From contig CM120644.1 of NCBI GenBank assembly GCA_051362555.1, positions 7,572,954 through 7,636,953 of the forward strand: a stretch of DNA of 64,000 nucleotides. Direction: 5' to 3'. The translations under genes and the position numbers were made by a program. This document shows positions 1 to 13,600 of the stretch, piece after piece (within the stretch, counting starts at the first letter, position 1; every line of letters begins with the position of its first letter). Under the pieces are notes generated by a model that saw only the letters and a list, made by a program, of their open reading frames with translations, made no database searches and was not told the origin of the DNA. Origin of the DNA: Lingula anatina (Eukaryota; Animalia; Brachiopoda).

Positions 1-689
1 GGGATATTTTTCTGTCACAAGCAAAGTTGAGCTTTGGGGAATTTGCATCATCTCATCCTGATAAGACATGATGTAATATTACATAGTATTGTACATTAAT
101 CAAAGGCTAGCTTCCAGACAAGTTAAAACAGCCTAACTTGGTTATGGATCAACCCATCTGAGCTAGCCTTCCATTCTTAGCCTTCCATGATTAGTTCTCT
201 AGAGACAGCAAATCTAATCTGCCTGTTGTCCTGCTTATTACCACAGTCACTGAGCTGTATATAAGCTATTTGATATTGACATCCTAAGGTGATGTGTTCA
301 TATTTAGATGCACTGCTGTGATGGAGAGGCTGAATGTCAATCTTATTTGACTGGAACCACAACACAGGGTTGTGCCCAGTCACCACATTGATCAAAACAT
401 TCTTAGTTTTTTTGGGGGAAAATTGGATGTTTTAATCCATTTTCAACATTCAATAGCCATAATATTTGCTTTTATTTCTGAAACCAGATAAAGGGTTTTG
501 AGCCAATTTAAGCTGATATGAAATATTCCAAAATATTTGGTGAATTGGGGTAAAACAAATTTGTTGTAAATGGAACAAGGGAGACCAAAAATAGCAAAAT
601 ATTGGATTTTTTCCTGAACAAATATGACAAATAACTGCTAAGGCAAACATAAGCTCCATTTAATAGACTTACGCACATACATAAAACAA

Positions 690-2983
690 TTACATACCCT
701 TTGGTTTGTCAGATGACACTGAATCTCTCCCAGATTCCTTATGAAAGCCATCTTTTCCAGTCTCAGATTGCCCTTGATCCTTTAAAATCGACTCTTTCTC
801 AAATGGAGGCAGGATAGTTGTCTCAGTATCCATGGCAACAGGTGATGGCCTTATGCACTCTCTGGGCAAACCATCTCGGAGTCCTTTGAATACACCTTTC
901 TGGTCCTGGAGAGCCAAATTCTTCAAGATGATCCTGATCTGTGGCATTAGGGAACTCAGTATCTCTTTCTTGCTCAGAAGTTTAATAACCTGAAGGAGCT
1001 TGGGCACACCTATGATTAGAAATTATAATTATGTGTATGGCAAACTGTGATCCAATTTTAGCTAAAAGACTATTCTTAGTTTTAGTTTCAGGAAAATGAA
1101 TAAGACTGTACAGAATATTTCGATTAAACAAAAATGAGTATATCATTAAATGACCTGAAAGTAAACACATTGTCAATCTTTATACCTTCGTCCTGCACTT
1201 CTGGGATTACGTTTAGCGTCATGTTACTAAGCTGCTTCAACGTCTTTTTGTTAGCAGGACACACATCTGAAGTATACACTTCTTTTTCATCAGCAAAGCC
1301 AGCTGCACGCTGCAAGGAGTTGGCCACATCTTTCTCCACTCTGCACTGTAAATGCTCTTTTGCAGTGGGACTAATGAAGAACTTCTTGGATATTTCTTGG
1401 TTGCCACGGAGATCAGCTCTGTTGCCATAGCTACTTGGGTTATCGTGCATGCCTTCCAACAATCTTTTCTCTTTGGAAGACCCATCACCTGTGTCTACTG
1501 CAAGCTTTGCAGGCCCATTCTTCATGCTCTCTTGGACACTTGGTTGGTGTTGAACGGCACTGGAAAAAACTCTGCGTATACCAAACTCGTCCTTCTCAAG
1601 TAAGCTCTCCAGGGTTCCTTTTTCAAGTGGCTCTTCAAACAACATTTTACCCCCCTTCGTAAGCATTACTTTTGGTTGTTGCATACCCTCTTCTTTTCGG
1701 ACCTTAGGTTTTATCGTCTGGATTGGGGTTGACTTCTGTAAGTAACCGCCCAACTCCCAAAGGTGGCCAGATTCAAAAGACTCCAGCGCTGTTATAGAGC
1801 ACTCATGTTCCTGGGGACCGGAGTTTCTTCGGAAACTTAGGGATTTTGGTTCCCGTTTCTCAAGATCCAAGACTGTGAGAGGAATCATGGAATGCTGCTC
1901 TGTCTTCTCCAGAGCAATCTGATCTAAGCTTGGCTCATCTGCCGCAATCTGATTTCTATTTGCTTGCTTTTCTGTAAAATTGTGAAGAAATTGCTTAATC
2001 TTTTACTTTAACTACGCAAATCATCTGCAATAAATGGTAATGCATCATGTAAAAAATATGCTAAGAAACCTATACTACTGGTCCTTTATGTGAACATTTC
2101 AGTTTCCTAATAAAAGGTGATGTACAGAAAAAATTCTTCCAGGTGCTGAATGCTTTCATGAAATGAAAATGTGATTTTTTTTAAACTGGATAATGGTAAT
2201 TAAAATAACAATATTGATAGTAATTATTATTAAAACTATCTAAGTAAAACTGTAAATAAAATACCTTTAACGCTTTGGTTATTTTCGGATGCTAGCAAAT
2301 CTTCAACGGGTTTTTCTTGGTCACTTTTCTCTTTTTCCTCTCCTTTTAGAATGTAAGAGACTTCTTTTCTGGAAGTGCATGAAGTCTGTCGCTTCATCCT
2401 ACAAAAATGAAAAAGTATACATACAGACTATACATATATATTAACATAGCCCACATAGTTTGTTAAGTTATCTTAGTCATCTTACTAAGACACACCATTA
2501 CCCTAAAATAAATTAACAGGTTCTTATGAATTAATTATATTTGAAGTTCTCATGAATTATATTTGGAAAGTCGTTTACTCAGGTTTCCCTATAATTTATT
2601 CTTGTCAAATTATACTGATGACTTAGAAAAAAAATGAACTGTTAAAGAATAAAAATTTCAGGATATTAAACCATTTGTTTTAATCTATGTTTTCAGACTT
2701 GCCTCATGGCTTTGCTTGCCCCTTTTTTCTTCAGTCTTGGCCTGGCCAAAGTGCCCATCTCCACAGGTATTTCACAGTTCTTCTTCTCAACCATAGATGG
2801 AGCCACCATACAGTCTGCCATCTTGCCATCATCTGGCTGGACATGAAATGAGCCTCTATCCTCTACCAATTTATATGGCAAGTCTTCAAGCTGATGAGCT
2901 TTTTCCTGCCCATAGCCACTCCGGAAAAACTGCTCCTCATGGCTAACACGATCATCATTAAACTCATTGCTCATCAGCTTCAT
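690..2983 (-). CDS. Uncharacterised S/E/K-rich, probably disordered protein; at least 4 coding exons, may continue toward or beyond the window start
   Basis: Exons 2983-2703, 2398-2265, 1971-1186 and 1009-698 join in one open frame with compatible phases (2,1,1). The first intron has a GC donor (AG|GCAAGT); the others are GT-AG. An in-frame TGA just upstream supports ATG 2983. The last exon either splices at G|GTATGT (698/697) or reads to the stop at 690. No domain recognised. Confidence 0.6.
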
Positions 2984-4980
2984 CGTGACAGTATATACTC
3001 AGTCTGTATATATATATCACTGTCAATGTTTTAATGTCAATATGTTGACTACTCACATAATGAATACCAAAAATATCACTGTCATTATTCTCGTGTTTTC
3101 GATGTTTTCGATGTTTTCTTCCTTCCAATACATCTGAAATACCAAGGAAACAATGTAATTAGCGTGACTTGTCAAAATAATATTGCTGGGGTAGTGCTAG
3201 CAATTTTTTTCTCTTAACCAAATCCCTACCTTTTTATCACTTTTCCAAATGGTTAAAATTTGACTTTAACAAGTGAAATCAAACCGATTTTGTTTAGCCA
3301 GTTTAAGTCAGTTTTAGCATTTAGCTTTACTGTAAACACAACAACATGTGGAAAGCAAGATAACAGACCCTCAAAGCAAGATGGTGTTCAGTTGCTCTAT
3401 GAAATTAAATTTTTGTCTTAACTCCCACTTTTCTATATTTAATCCTAAGCATTGTCTTAGAATAAAAAAGGTTGCTCAACAAAAGAATATCCTGTCACTG
3501 CTGCCTTTGATTTATTTAAATTAATTCCCTGTACTTATTCCTTAACCAACTCTAAGTCATGAGTGTCAGATCCTAGGCTTGCTCTCTCTCAAACTCGCTC
3601 ACTTGCTCACGCCATGCACACACACACATACCTCAAACAGGACTTTGGTTAACCTTACAACTAATCCAGCTAATTTACAATATTGTGTCCCACTCTTGAA
3701 AACTCCATCCAGTCATAATGATTTTGAAACCTGAATTGTCATTTTTTCACTTTCCTTTTTTTTTTTTTAGAAATAACTTTCCATCTTTCACAAAACCTTG
3801 AATTGTTTAATGTTAAATGAAAATGCAATTAAAGGTTATGCGTACTTTATCAAATTAAGTCCCCATTGTAAGGAACAGAAAAAAAAAAACACCTAGAAAA
3901 AAATCAATTAGGTCACTCTGCTTCCTCTTCACAACATGACATAATGCAGTTATAGAAAGTGCTTGAACTATCACAATTTTTGAACATCAACAATTACCTC
4001 TATTAAAATGGACCCACATCAATGTTCGATACTGACTTTGATGACCTGTCCAACTTTGAATTCTACCTGGCAATACTTTTTTCATTAATATCTCACAGTG
4101 AACTTTGTAAATTAATATGTGTGATCAAGAATGTAATAATTATCAAGCATTCTTAAAATCAAAACGGGCCCAGAAAAAGCAACCTGAAGTGGATTTATTC
4201 TCAGATGAAAAGTTCGTTTTTCATACCTATAAACTCCTGAAGAGATGATCCACCCAAATGTGATTTAACATTGTTTCATAAATCATAAGTCAGCATGAAA
4301 TCCGCACATGAAAACAGCTCTAAAATGCAACTTCTTACTTCATGAGAAGCGCACTTGAACATAACTTAAAGGTGATTTTTCAAGCTATAAAAATGATCCA
4401 ATCAGATTACAGCATGACATCACTTGATCGATAATGCTATGAATATGTGCTTTGAAGTGAAAGCACAGTGTCTATGTACTGAACCTGTAGCTGCCTGACA
4501 ATATTCATATGTAAACAGCTTGAATTTTTTTCCAGATTTTTATTTAAAAAAAAAAAAAAAAAAAAAAAAAACTGTCCATTAGACAACCAACCTTGCGACT
4601 TCATTTGTCCGAACTGAGCTTTAGCCTGTCCCTAACTGTTGGACTGCCATTAGTATCGAGCCCTGCACAAACAGTCGACTCCATGAATTTTACTTGCTTT
4701 AAGCTTTTTCCTTGGAAGGTTGCTCTAAAAGTCTACATGTAAACTCTACATCTGTGCATTACACTATAGCTACAAAGATCCGTAGCACTGATGCTGACAT
4801 CATTATAGATTTAAAAAATCAATAACCTACATCATCAGGCTGTCTAGACTTCTATCTGGCCTGAAATGTCCCTATTATTGGTTTGCTCTCCAGTTTCATC
4901 TGCAGCCTGTCTGCTGCTTGTTGAAAGTGTTCACTTTTTAAAATGAATAACAAGTGGGACGGAAAAATTACATAAGGATT

Positions 4981-5180
4981 TTTACCTCATCCAGGAAATG
5001 GTCACCACCCCCAGATTAAGTTTTTGCCTTTGTTGAGGGCAAATTTTCATAAAACTTTCAGTTTAGGTCAGAAATGAACTAACTTAAAACTAATCACACT
5101 TTGGTGATGATCAATTAATTAATTATAAAGTGAATTAAGCTGGCTTGGTGAAGGTCTGCTCCCTCCAAGTCCGACTGGTT
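4981..5180 (+). mobile_element. Degraded DINE-1/HINE-like short element
   Basis: Begins TTTACCTC and ends CTTGGTGAAGGTCTGCTCCCTCCAAGT...CTGGTT. It resembles the better-preserved copies at 24075, 45620 and 56928. Confidence 0.4.
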
Positions 5181-6622
5181 TGTGTTAATCAAGTATACAA
5201 ACCTTCCCCCTCCTGGCTTTAAGTTAACTTCTATTATAAAAAAATCAGCTGACTCAGATTGCACACTTTGTGACAGACTGGGATAGATCCACATTTTGGT
5301 ATCAATGTCACATACTACTAGTCTTTAAATATATGTTAAAGTACAAATGTCACATACCCAGTCTTTAAATGTTTTAAAAGAGGACATTTTTACAATCTCT
5401 GGCTATTCTCCAAGTCTTACTTCGATGACTTTATCTCGGTTCATACAACTTCAAATATCATAACTAACTCATTCTACCCTACAAAAACTGTCAATATGTA
5501 TCAACTTTACAACTAGTACAATGTGAATATCACACCTAAAAAAAAGCAACATAAAACATATGCTGAAATTCAAACCTCTGTCTTTAAGTAAGATGAAGAC
5601 CTGCTGCCATCATGGTTTAATTCTGGCTTTGTGCAAAAGTTGTACCCACTGCGCATGCCTTGGTTTGTTTACCATTACAGCATATCTTAGATATCATTAT
5701 GTGACCCTCACTTAAATCACGTGCCTCAGAGGGAGATTTTGTACATACGTTTTAACTACTTAATATGCTTCTTTCTTATCAAAGAACTCTTTCTAGAACT
5801 AGAAATTTACCCTGGGGGATTTTTTTATCAGCAATTTTAATAACACTGTGTTAATGCTTTATCGAAACTTATGCAAATAATAATACATTAAGTTATGTAT
5901 GCCACACTGACACACTTTTTCTCCCTATCAAATTGCAACTGTTGAAATGAAAATATCTTTACAATTTATAGGACGAAGCAATATTGGATATAAAAACAGC
6001 CAACGCAAAGGATTTAAAATACAAAATCTGTAATGGTGAGACTTGTCTCACAGTGCATGGGTCAAAATCAACAGTGAAAATATATTCAGAAAACATTATT
6101 CTTAACAAAGAAAACATTCCTCCCTTAACTTCCAGGCAAAAGCTTTGTACATAATACCGGGTAGAGGCCATTTCACAAAGAAAACATATCTCCCTACATC
6201 CTTGAACTTCTAGGCAAAAACATCATACTCAAAAGAGTCCTTTTAACAGAGAAAACATCGCTCCTTATATCCTTGAACTTCCAGGCAAAAACATTAGAAT
6301 CAAAAAGAGTTTTATCAGAGCTAAATAGATGCTTTAATGATATACAAATAAAAGGGTTTCCAAACCTGGATAAAACTCAACATGCAGTGCTTTGAGTGCC
6401 ACTAAATCATATGAAGGCCTCTGGGTAACTGCTAATAGTGCCATTCATTACAAATTTGCAGAATAAGTTACTAAACAAAAATCTTGTGTAAAAGAAGCTG
6501 TCATGTAATCAGCCTGAAATGAGCAAATCACCACATGTTCTACTACAGTACCTATGCTAGTTTTTATGTATTGTATTGTAATAGTAGTAACATCAAATCT
6601 TAGCCTATATTCACATGCATAT

Positions 6623-6796
6623 CAGGGGCAGATTGAGGCCGTCTTCTGGGTCTTCCAGATGAAAGTCAGTTTTTAAAATTTACATTGAGGGGTATCTAAT
6701 TTTTTCTACTGGGAGACAGTCAAAATGGAGGATGGATCAACAAACATAATTTGGAAGACTGAGAATACATACAGTATATCTCTGGATCTGCCCCTG
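6623..6796 (+). mobile_element. MITE family A (CAGGGGCAGA...TCTGCCCCTG termini)
   Basis: About 170 bp with terminal inverted repeats. The core GCCGTCTTCTGGGTCTTC...AAAATGGAGGATGGATCAACAAA recurs at 17443-17613 (-), 19245-19387, 24522-24688 and 33791-33963. Confidence 0.75.
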
Positions 6797-7339
6797 GAAT
6801 ATACAGTAAGTTTGGTTGGCTGAGCCACCTTATGCTATCTGTGTAGGCTACGTTGCTATGAATATATGTAGTTGAATGTTAGCTGTCTCTTATAGACTAT
6901 TTAAGCTTGTTCCTCGTTTGTGAAGGTGAATGCCAAATGAATTTAACCGAATAAAGCAAACTGAATCTCATTTTAATTGCGATTGTTTTTATTATATTCC
7001 TTTATTGCTTCTAGGTCCAAACACAGTCTCTAAATAGCCATCATGACAATATGTGAACCCAATATGAAAAATATGAACACCTGTATCATGGCTGTATGTC
7101 GTCATTGGCATCATCGCTAAAAAATGCTGAATCAGACATTCACTGTCTTGTTGTTTACCCAGTGCTGGAATTTATCTAAACAACTTGACTTTCTACTTTT
7201 ATCGCAAATCGAAGCAATCTACAACACAAGGGGCATTTGGGCTACATGAATGGGTAACTGTCACTGCTCACAGTACAATCTGAATACATAAATCGACAAA
7301 TTAGTCATCAGAACTATAGAAACAACGGTGGCGTGTACC

Positions 7340-7692
7340 TTACCTTCCTCTTCCTTCTAGGAAATTAGGATATGACCTCATTTGTCCTAGTGCGCGTGCG
7401 CAGTTACAAAAAAATTGAGCTAAAATATACATGAATCCAAAATACTTTACTCATAAATAAAATAAAACCAAGTTAATGTTTAAATAAAAAATAAAATTTA
7501 TCATTAATGATGATAATTTCACCGTAATCTATCACTTTTTTTCGTTTTTAAGCACTGATATATTCAACAGACTTTTTATGCACCCTGTAAGAGAAATGAG
7601 CAGCTACCATTCTCGTGCTGCCATCTACCGGCTCACCTACGAGCACCTGTACTTCCGCATGATCCGCCCTGAATAAACATTTTCAACTGAGA
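7340..7692. promoter_or_regulatory. Bidirectional promoter between the minus-strand gene and myosin ID
   Basis: A minus-strand donor (GAAG|GTAAGG at 7344/7343) suggests a non-coding first exon about 350 bp from the Myo1D ATG. Local CpG enrichment. NRF1-like TGCGCGTGCGCA at 7391-7402, CTCF-like CTGCCATCTACCGG at 7618-7631, ETS-like ACTTCCG at 7651-7657. Confidence 0.55.
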
Positions 7693-10600
7693 ATGGCGGG
7701 GATCCACATACACGAAGGCCCCGAGTTCGGGATCGGGGATTTCGTTCTCTTGGAGGAGGTTTCCCTGAACAAATTTATGGAAAACCTTCATCTAAGGTAA
7801 GCGAGATCAATTTTGGACAGAAATCGGGATGTGTTATTTTGAGACAGTATAGCTGGTGGACGTGTCTTGGAAGGATTCTCGTGCCGGTGACAAAATGAGA
7901 TCAAAAGCCGACCGCCGCTTCAAACTCAAGTGTCACTTGATCTTGCGTTGAATGGTCATGTCTGTTTCTTTTAAGCTTTGCTGTAAGGTATTTTTAAATT
8001 GCACCATTTTAAAAACACGAGAGCAAGAGAAACGTTTATTTCTTTGCCTGTAAGTGTAAATCGTAACAAAACTAAATCAATGGGCTTGCATAGAAGTATT
8101 ATTACGTCGTAATATAAACAATCTCTGTCAGCTGCTGGAGATAAGATCTACTTATCCAAAAATAAAAAAATAATAATAATAACTTGGATAAAGAACAACA
8201 TCTGGTGATGTTGTTACTGCCAGTGCTGCTTCCTTTATTTTCGTGTCAAGCTTTGGTTATCGTACTGTGTATATAATAAAGCTAGGACAGGATGAAAATG
8301 ACCATTTATCACTTGACTGCTTTCCTATATATAATTAGTGTGATTGTCAACTTGCTATTAGCTGATTGCTTTCACTGTACATGACAAGTGAGATATGTTT
8401 GTGATACCTACTCATCAGCTTTTCCAATATTTGAACTGCTCAAATGATTATTTATTTTTTGTTAAATATTTTCTGAAAGTATATTGAATGTCTTAACATC
8501 CATACTAAAAAAAAATGTGTAAAATATTAATAAGTATTTGTTATAAAAGATGATAACCAAAATTGTGTACTAGTAGGGTCCCGCTAAAACTGATAAAAAG
8601 TCAGTGAAGAATAGAAATTCTCTTCATATATTAATATAAATATTGAGCCACAAAAAACAATGTAATAAAACTTCTGTTGTACGCAGTGTTAATAAGATGA
8701 TCAATAGTAGGAGGACAGATCAATAGATGAACAATTTCCCCCACTAACATTCACTAATGTGTGGTAATGTCCATTGACAATTGTTTGTCAGGCCTGAGAT
8801 AATTAAATCACTATATTTTATAGCTTTACCAGTACCCTGACTATCATAGAGTATAAAGGAGGTGAGGTCTGTTTCACCCATCATACCTGTGCCATTCCAC
8901 CCCCTTTTAGCTATCAGTAATGGCTGTCCTAGTTGCACCCTGGGTTTTTTAATGTAGCTGACATCTTGACCACCTTCCTTATTGCCAGCCATGGCTTTTG
9001 GTTCATCCTGGAAGCACCCTGAGTTTCACAGTGCTGATAGGGATATACTCTTCTAGCTTTTGTTTGATTCTTGGCTTGAGATAGCCTCTGACACTTAAGG
9101 TGTCTGTAAGCTACTGGTCATGGGATCTGGTCTGTGCACAGTGTGATAATTTAGCAACATAACTAAATTTCATTATTTGTCAGTCTTAGACTGTAGAATC
9201 AATGTTTTTTTGCCATTCACCAATCATTCTTTCTTTCTTTCTTTCTAACTCTGGTGTATGACATATAAATAAATAGTTAAATTAATAAATGAGAGAATAA
9301 AGCCCAAATAAATTGATAAAATTAAATGAATAAAGATATATAAATAAACTGAATGAAAGTCAATAATTTTAGATGAATTAAAAAGAAAAATAACTGCACT
9401 AGTACTACTCGTTATATCAAGCTATCAGTGGCAATTATATAATGGTTCAGTGGCACCTCAGCTGTCATCTCGCACTCTTTTTTCAGATAATCAGGGTGCA
9501 ATTTACCAGATGTATGAAACATCACAGCACATTGCTAGGCAAGCAGTGAGTCAGTATTCTCCCTGTGAAGGGGGCGTGTCAAAATATTGGTGGAATATTT
9601 GTATCGCCCATGTAAAACTGGAGTCATTTCTTTTATTGTAAATTAAATAGGAAATTTGGTCCTTTTTTTGTAAGGTTTAAATTATAGACATGGTTAAAGT
9701 GACGTTTATTACAGAATTTACATTGAAGGGTTTTCTGTTTGAAATTGTCACTTTGACTTGCCTCAAAGGAAAACCACAAACCATTATTCATGCAGCAAAT
9801 AGGCAAGTTTGCTAACACGTCTACTGATGGCTATTTTAACACAGAGGGTTTATTATGGTATGTACACACTTAACAGAAGTCCTTGCGGCAGCAGGCAGTG
9901 ATTCACCCGTGACATAGTTTACCGTCTGTTGTTGTTTATCTGTGTCACCTTACCTTGTAATAACAGAGGTGGTATACCTGTACCAACCTATGAACGTTCT
10001 TTTCACACCAAGCAGAGTAATTTAAAGTATGTAAATTGTTGCTGTGCCAGTGGTTTGGGAAGTCCTTACACACGCACGCATGCACACACACACACAACAT
10101 TACTGATATATTACATGATCCAATATTTACTGATTTAGTGGCATATCTGTTTGATTTGTATTAAAAAAAGATATACCACTTTGAGGTAGATTATATGCAC
10201 ACAAACAAACACACGCCTATCGAGGTATTATCTAACTTATCTACAGTAGCCACTCAAAAGGGTGTGTTAAGTGTTTAATGGCCAATTCCTGTCACCGATT
10301 GGTTATTTATTGATTGATAACAATGGGATCAATAGGCTATTGTCTACTGTACAGCTCTAATGGACCATTAACTCATGCATAGATTTTTAGAATGGGATAT
10401 TCACACACTAGCTGTTAAAGACAATCTCAGCTCCTTCACTACTAGTACATTCCTTTACTGATTGGGTCCATTATTGATTCCTTTACTGATTGGGCTCATG
10501 GGCCCAAATGTGCTCACTTATTCACCTTTCAGAACTTCTAATTTTTAATCTAGGAAAATCCATTAAGTTAATTTTAGAAAGAATAGACTCTCTGGCATAA

Positions 10601-13600
10601 ACATATAGTATGCTTGACTATTTGTCTCCTTTTTATTTTGAATCTGAACTGCAAGTCTCATATGTATATCTATCAAGACTGTGAAGTACGCATGACACAG
10701 TCAAGTCTTTTTGATTAATACTTGACAAACTGTGAAATTAAGTAGCAACTCTGAAAAATTAATCTGTGATTGTTGACTGATAAAATATCTAACTCTCACA
10801 AAGCCTGAATAAAAAATCTGGAGAGTGATTTATTTGCTTTGATGCAAGTGGCACATAGCATGCCATTAAGTGATTACATGCAATTTGTAGATTGAATATT
10901 TCATGAATTAGTAATTCACATGTTAACATATGTCAGAATCATCAGAGACCACTCAGTTTTTATGCACATTTAAGTGGTAGTCTAAGCATTAAGAAGATAG
11001 GCAGTGATTATAAATGCAGTCTTGCTGTGTTGACAGTGAAGAATTTCTTCTCAGTTGACTAAAAACTCAGACATCTTTAGAAATGCTAATCACATTTTTG
11101 TCAGATTTTTTCCATAAGGGCACATTCAGTTGCTAAGACATTCAGACAACCTGAGTCAGATCAGAGGTTATACCTGCTTCTTCTTCATCTTCTTTTTCTC
11201 CTTTTTCTTATTATATAAAATAACATTAGAAGTGTTCTGCTTAGTGTTCTCACTCTCTTTGGAAGATCCTAAAATGGATTGAAATATTACTCTGTAAACG
11301 ATCATCATTAAAAATGTAAGGCTTCATTTCATAGCTGCTGTCATTGGTTTTATATTGAAAAAAAAAATAAAAGCCTTAACTTTTTCATTATTTAAGAGTT
11401 GTCTTTTTAAACTGTGAGGCAGGTGTCCTGACAAATACAGTAGATAGCATATAATATATATATATATATATATACACTGGCACAGAATCATTTGAAGCAG
11501 TTGCCAATTCACCATGAGCTGGCATTCTGTCAGACTGTGACATGCACAGTGCTGTGACACACACAGCTATGACATACATGTAATGACACGACAGGTCTGT
11601 GACCCTACTTGACATCATGCCATATCTGCTGATGTGTTTTGGTGACAAGTCTGAGAGAACATACACAGAATTGTCATTGTTTCACTTCTTACTGCTTTTT
11701 AAGATTTGTTATTTGTCTAGTAATTGGGCAGCAATAAATATGCATATGTGGCAACAAACTTTTTGATATCGGGTATAAAGTAAAAATAAGAAATTAAAAA
11801 AACTAAACTCTGTCTGTTGTTGGTGTGGGTAAGTGGGTGTCTTTCTGTCTCTCTTTATGTCTGGGGCCTTGACAACTGAGCTGTCATTAAAATGGGTAGT
11901 GAGTTGGATTGTGGAATGTCTGTACTTAGGGGAGGGGGGGGGGTGTCATTCAGTTCCATTATTTCTGTATTAAATGAGAAATGAGAATTGATATCAGGAT
12001 GTCACTATTCATGTGCCTAACATATTGTGTTTACATTTGCTGCCATTGAAGTGATATTTCAATATAATTAAAATATCAGACATTATACCATAAGATTTTA
12101 CTCAGTATGTTGATATTGTCTGTCACTCTGCCTGTCTGTCTGTCTGTCTGTCTGGGGCCTTGTTAACTTAGGTACATGTAAGCTGTTATAAAAATGGGTA
12201 ATAACTTGGGTTGTGGCATGTGTGTGTGTATTGGGGAGGGAGGGGGGCATTAAGCTCCATAGTGTCAGACATCTTTTTATACACATTTGGTGCTATTAAA
12301 ATAAATACGTATATTATTATATACCATAAAATATTACTCATCATATTGGTCACAGGTGATAGTATATGACAAGTATTAGCAGTGGCTGTGTCATCTTATA
12401 CCTGACCACTATTATCATTCACGCTGACCTCCTGACATAGCTGTTACAGGGAACGGGCATATCACAACTGCTTAGTGTCATAGTTTGACCCCATAAAATG
12501 CAAGATGCTAAGCCTCGATATCTAGCTATACTAGAAAATAAAAATTGCTGGCACTTTGGGCAACCATAGATGCAACTTACTGATAGTTCTCTTCATTGTT
12601 CATAGAGAAATATGGATACCAGATACTGGGGCTTATTTATACTTTATGAAAAAATGATGATAACATTTCTGCAAAACAGACATATTTGAGGCTTGATGGA
12701 ATTTTGCATCAAGTTATCAGTGACTGCAGATGTGACTTACGGATTATTTAGAAGGAAATATAGTATGTCATATGGTGATAGAAGGGGGAAAGGGTATATA
12801 TGGTATTTTTTTTGTTAATAATGAAAAGACCCAGAGCATTAATTTCTACATAACAAACATAGGTTTGAAGTTTTGCATCAAGTTATATACTGTATATATA
12901 TACAAGCAAGCTGGTACATTCCAAGCTTACAATCTGTGCTGCCATCTGTGGTCACATGCTGAGGAATGAAGTTTTGGGTGCAATATATATCTGCTCTTAG
13001 CTTTCATATCTCTTAAATGTTGACAGATTCTGAAAAATTATATTCTCTATTCACCCTCTCTAGCAAACGAATCCAAATGGACTTTTATTAACCTGTGGTA
13101 TTAAAAAATGTGGTGTATGAAGATGTTTAACAAGTTTATGTACAGAAGCCACTGTCCATGCTTAGTTATGTTCATATAGATTTCTGCCAGCTGTGGTCAC
13201 ACTTAGCAAATACTTGCAATTGAAGGAATTACAAATGAATTACAAATATCTTTCATTAAGTAAGATCAAAGTGGTAATACTTAATATTGAGAATTTGAAT
13301 TAAAAATGTATAAAATTTGCAGCTAGGATGATTAAGTGAAGCACAAAATATCGAGGAAGAAGTCCATTTATAACAGTTACGTTTAAGTCTGTTTTAATGA
13401 CAGCACCATTATCAGCATTGAGCAGATGAAAAATGTGCTGCAGATCCGGAAAATGGGCATGCATGAATTAAGGAGGAAAAGGGGGGGGGGGGGGGGGGGT
13501 TGTGCTGACAATTGTAACAAATTGCCTCAGTTAATATGCTGAACATGGAATAAGATTTCACATGTTAGAACTCTGTTTTATTCTTGGGATCAGGTGCACA

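Noticed and set aside
177-395. 72-aa ORF as the next exon of the minus-strand gene
   Set aside because: The candidate acceptors I tested give early stops in the required phase 1, so it is not supportable.
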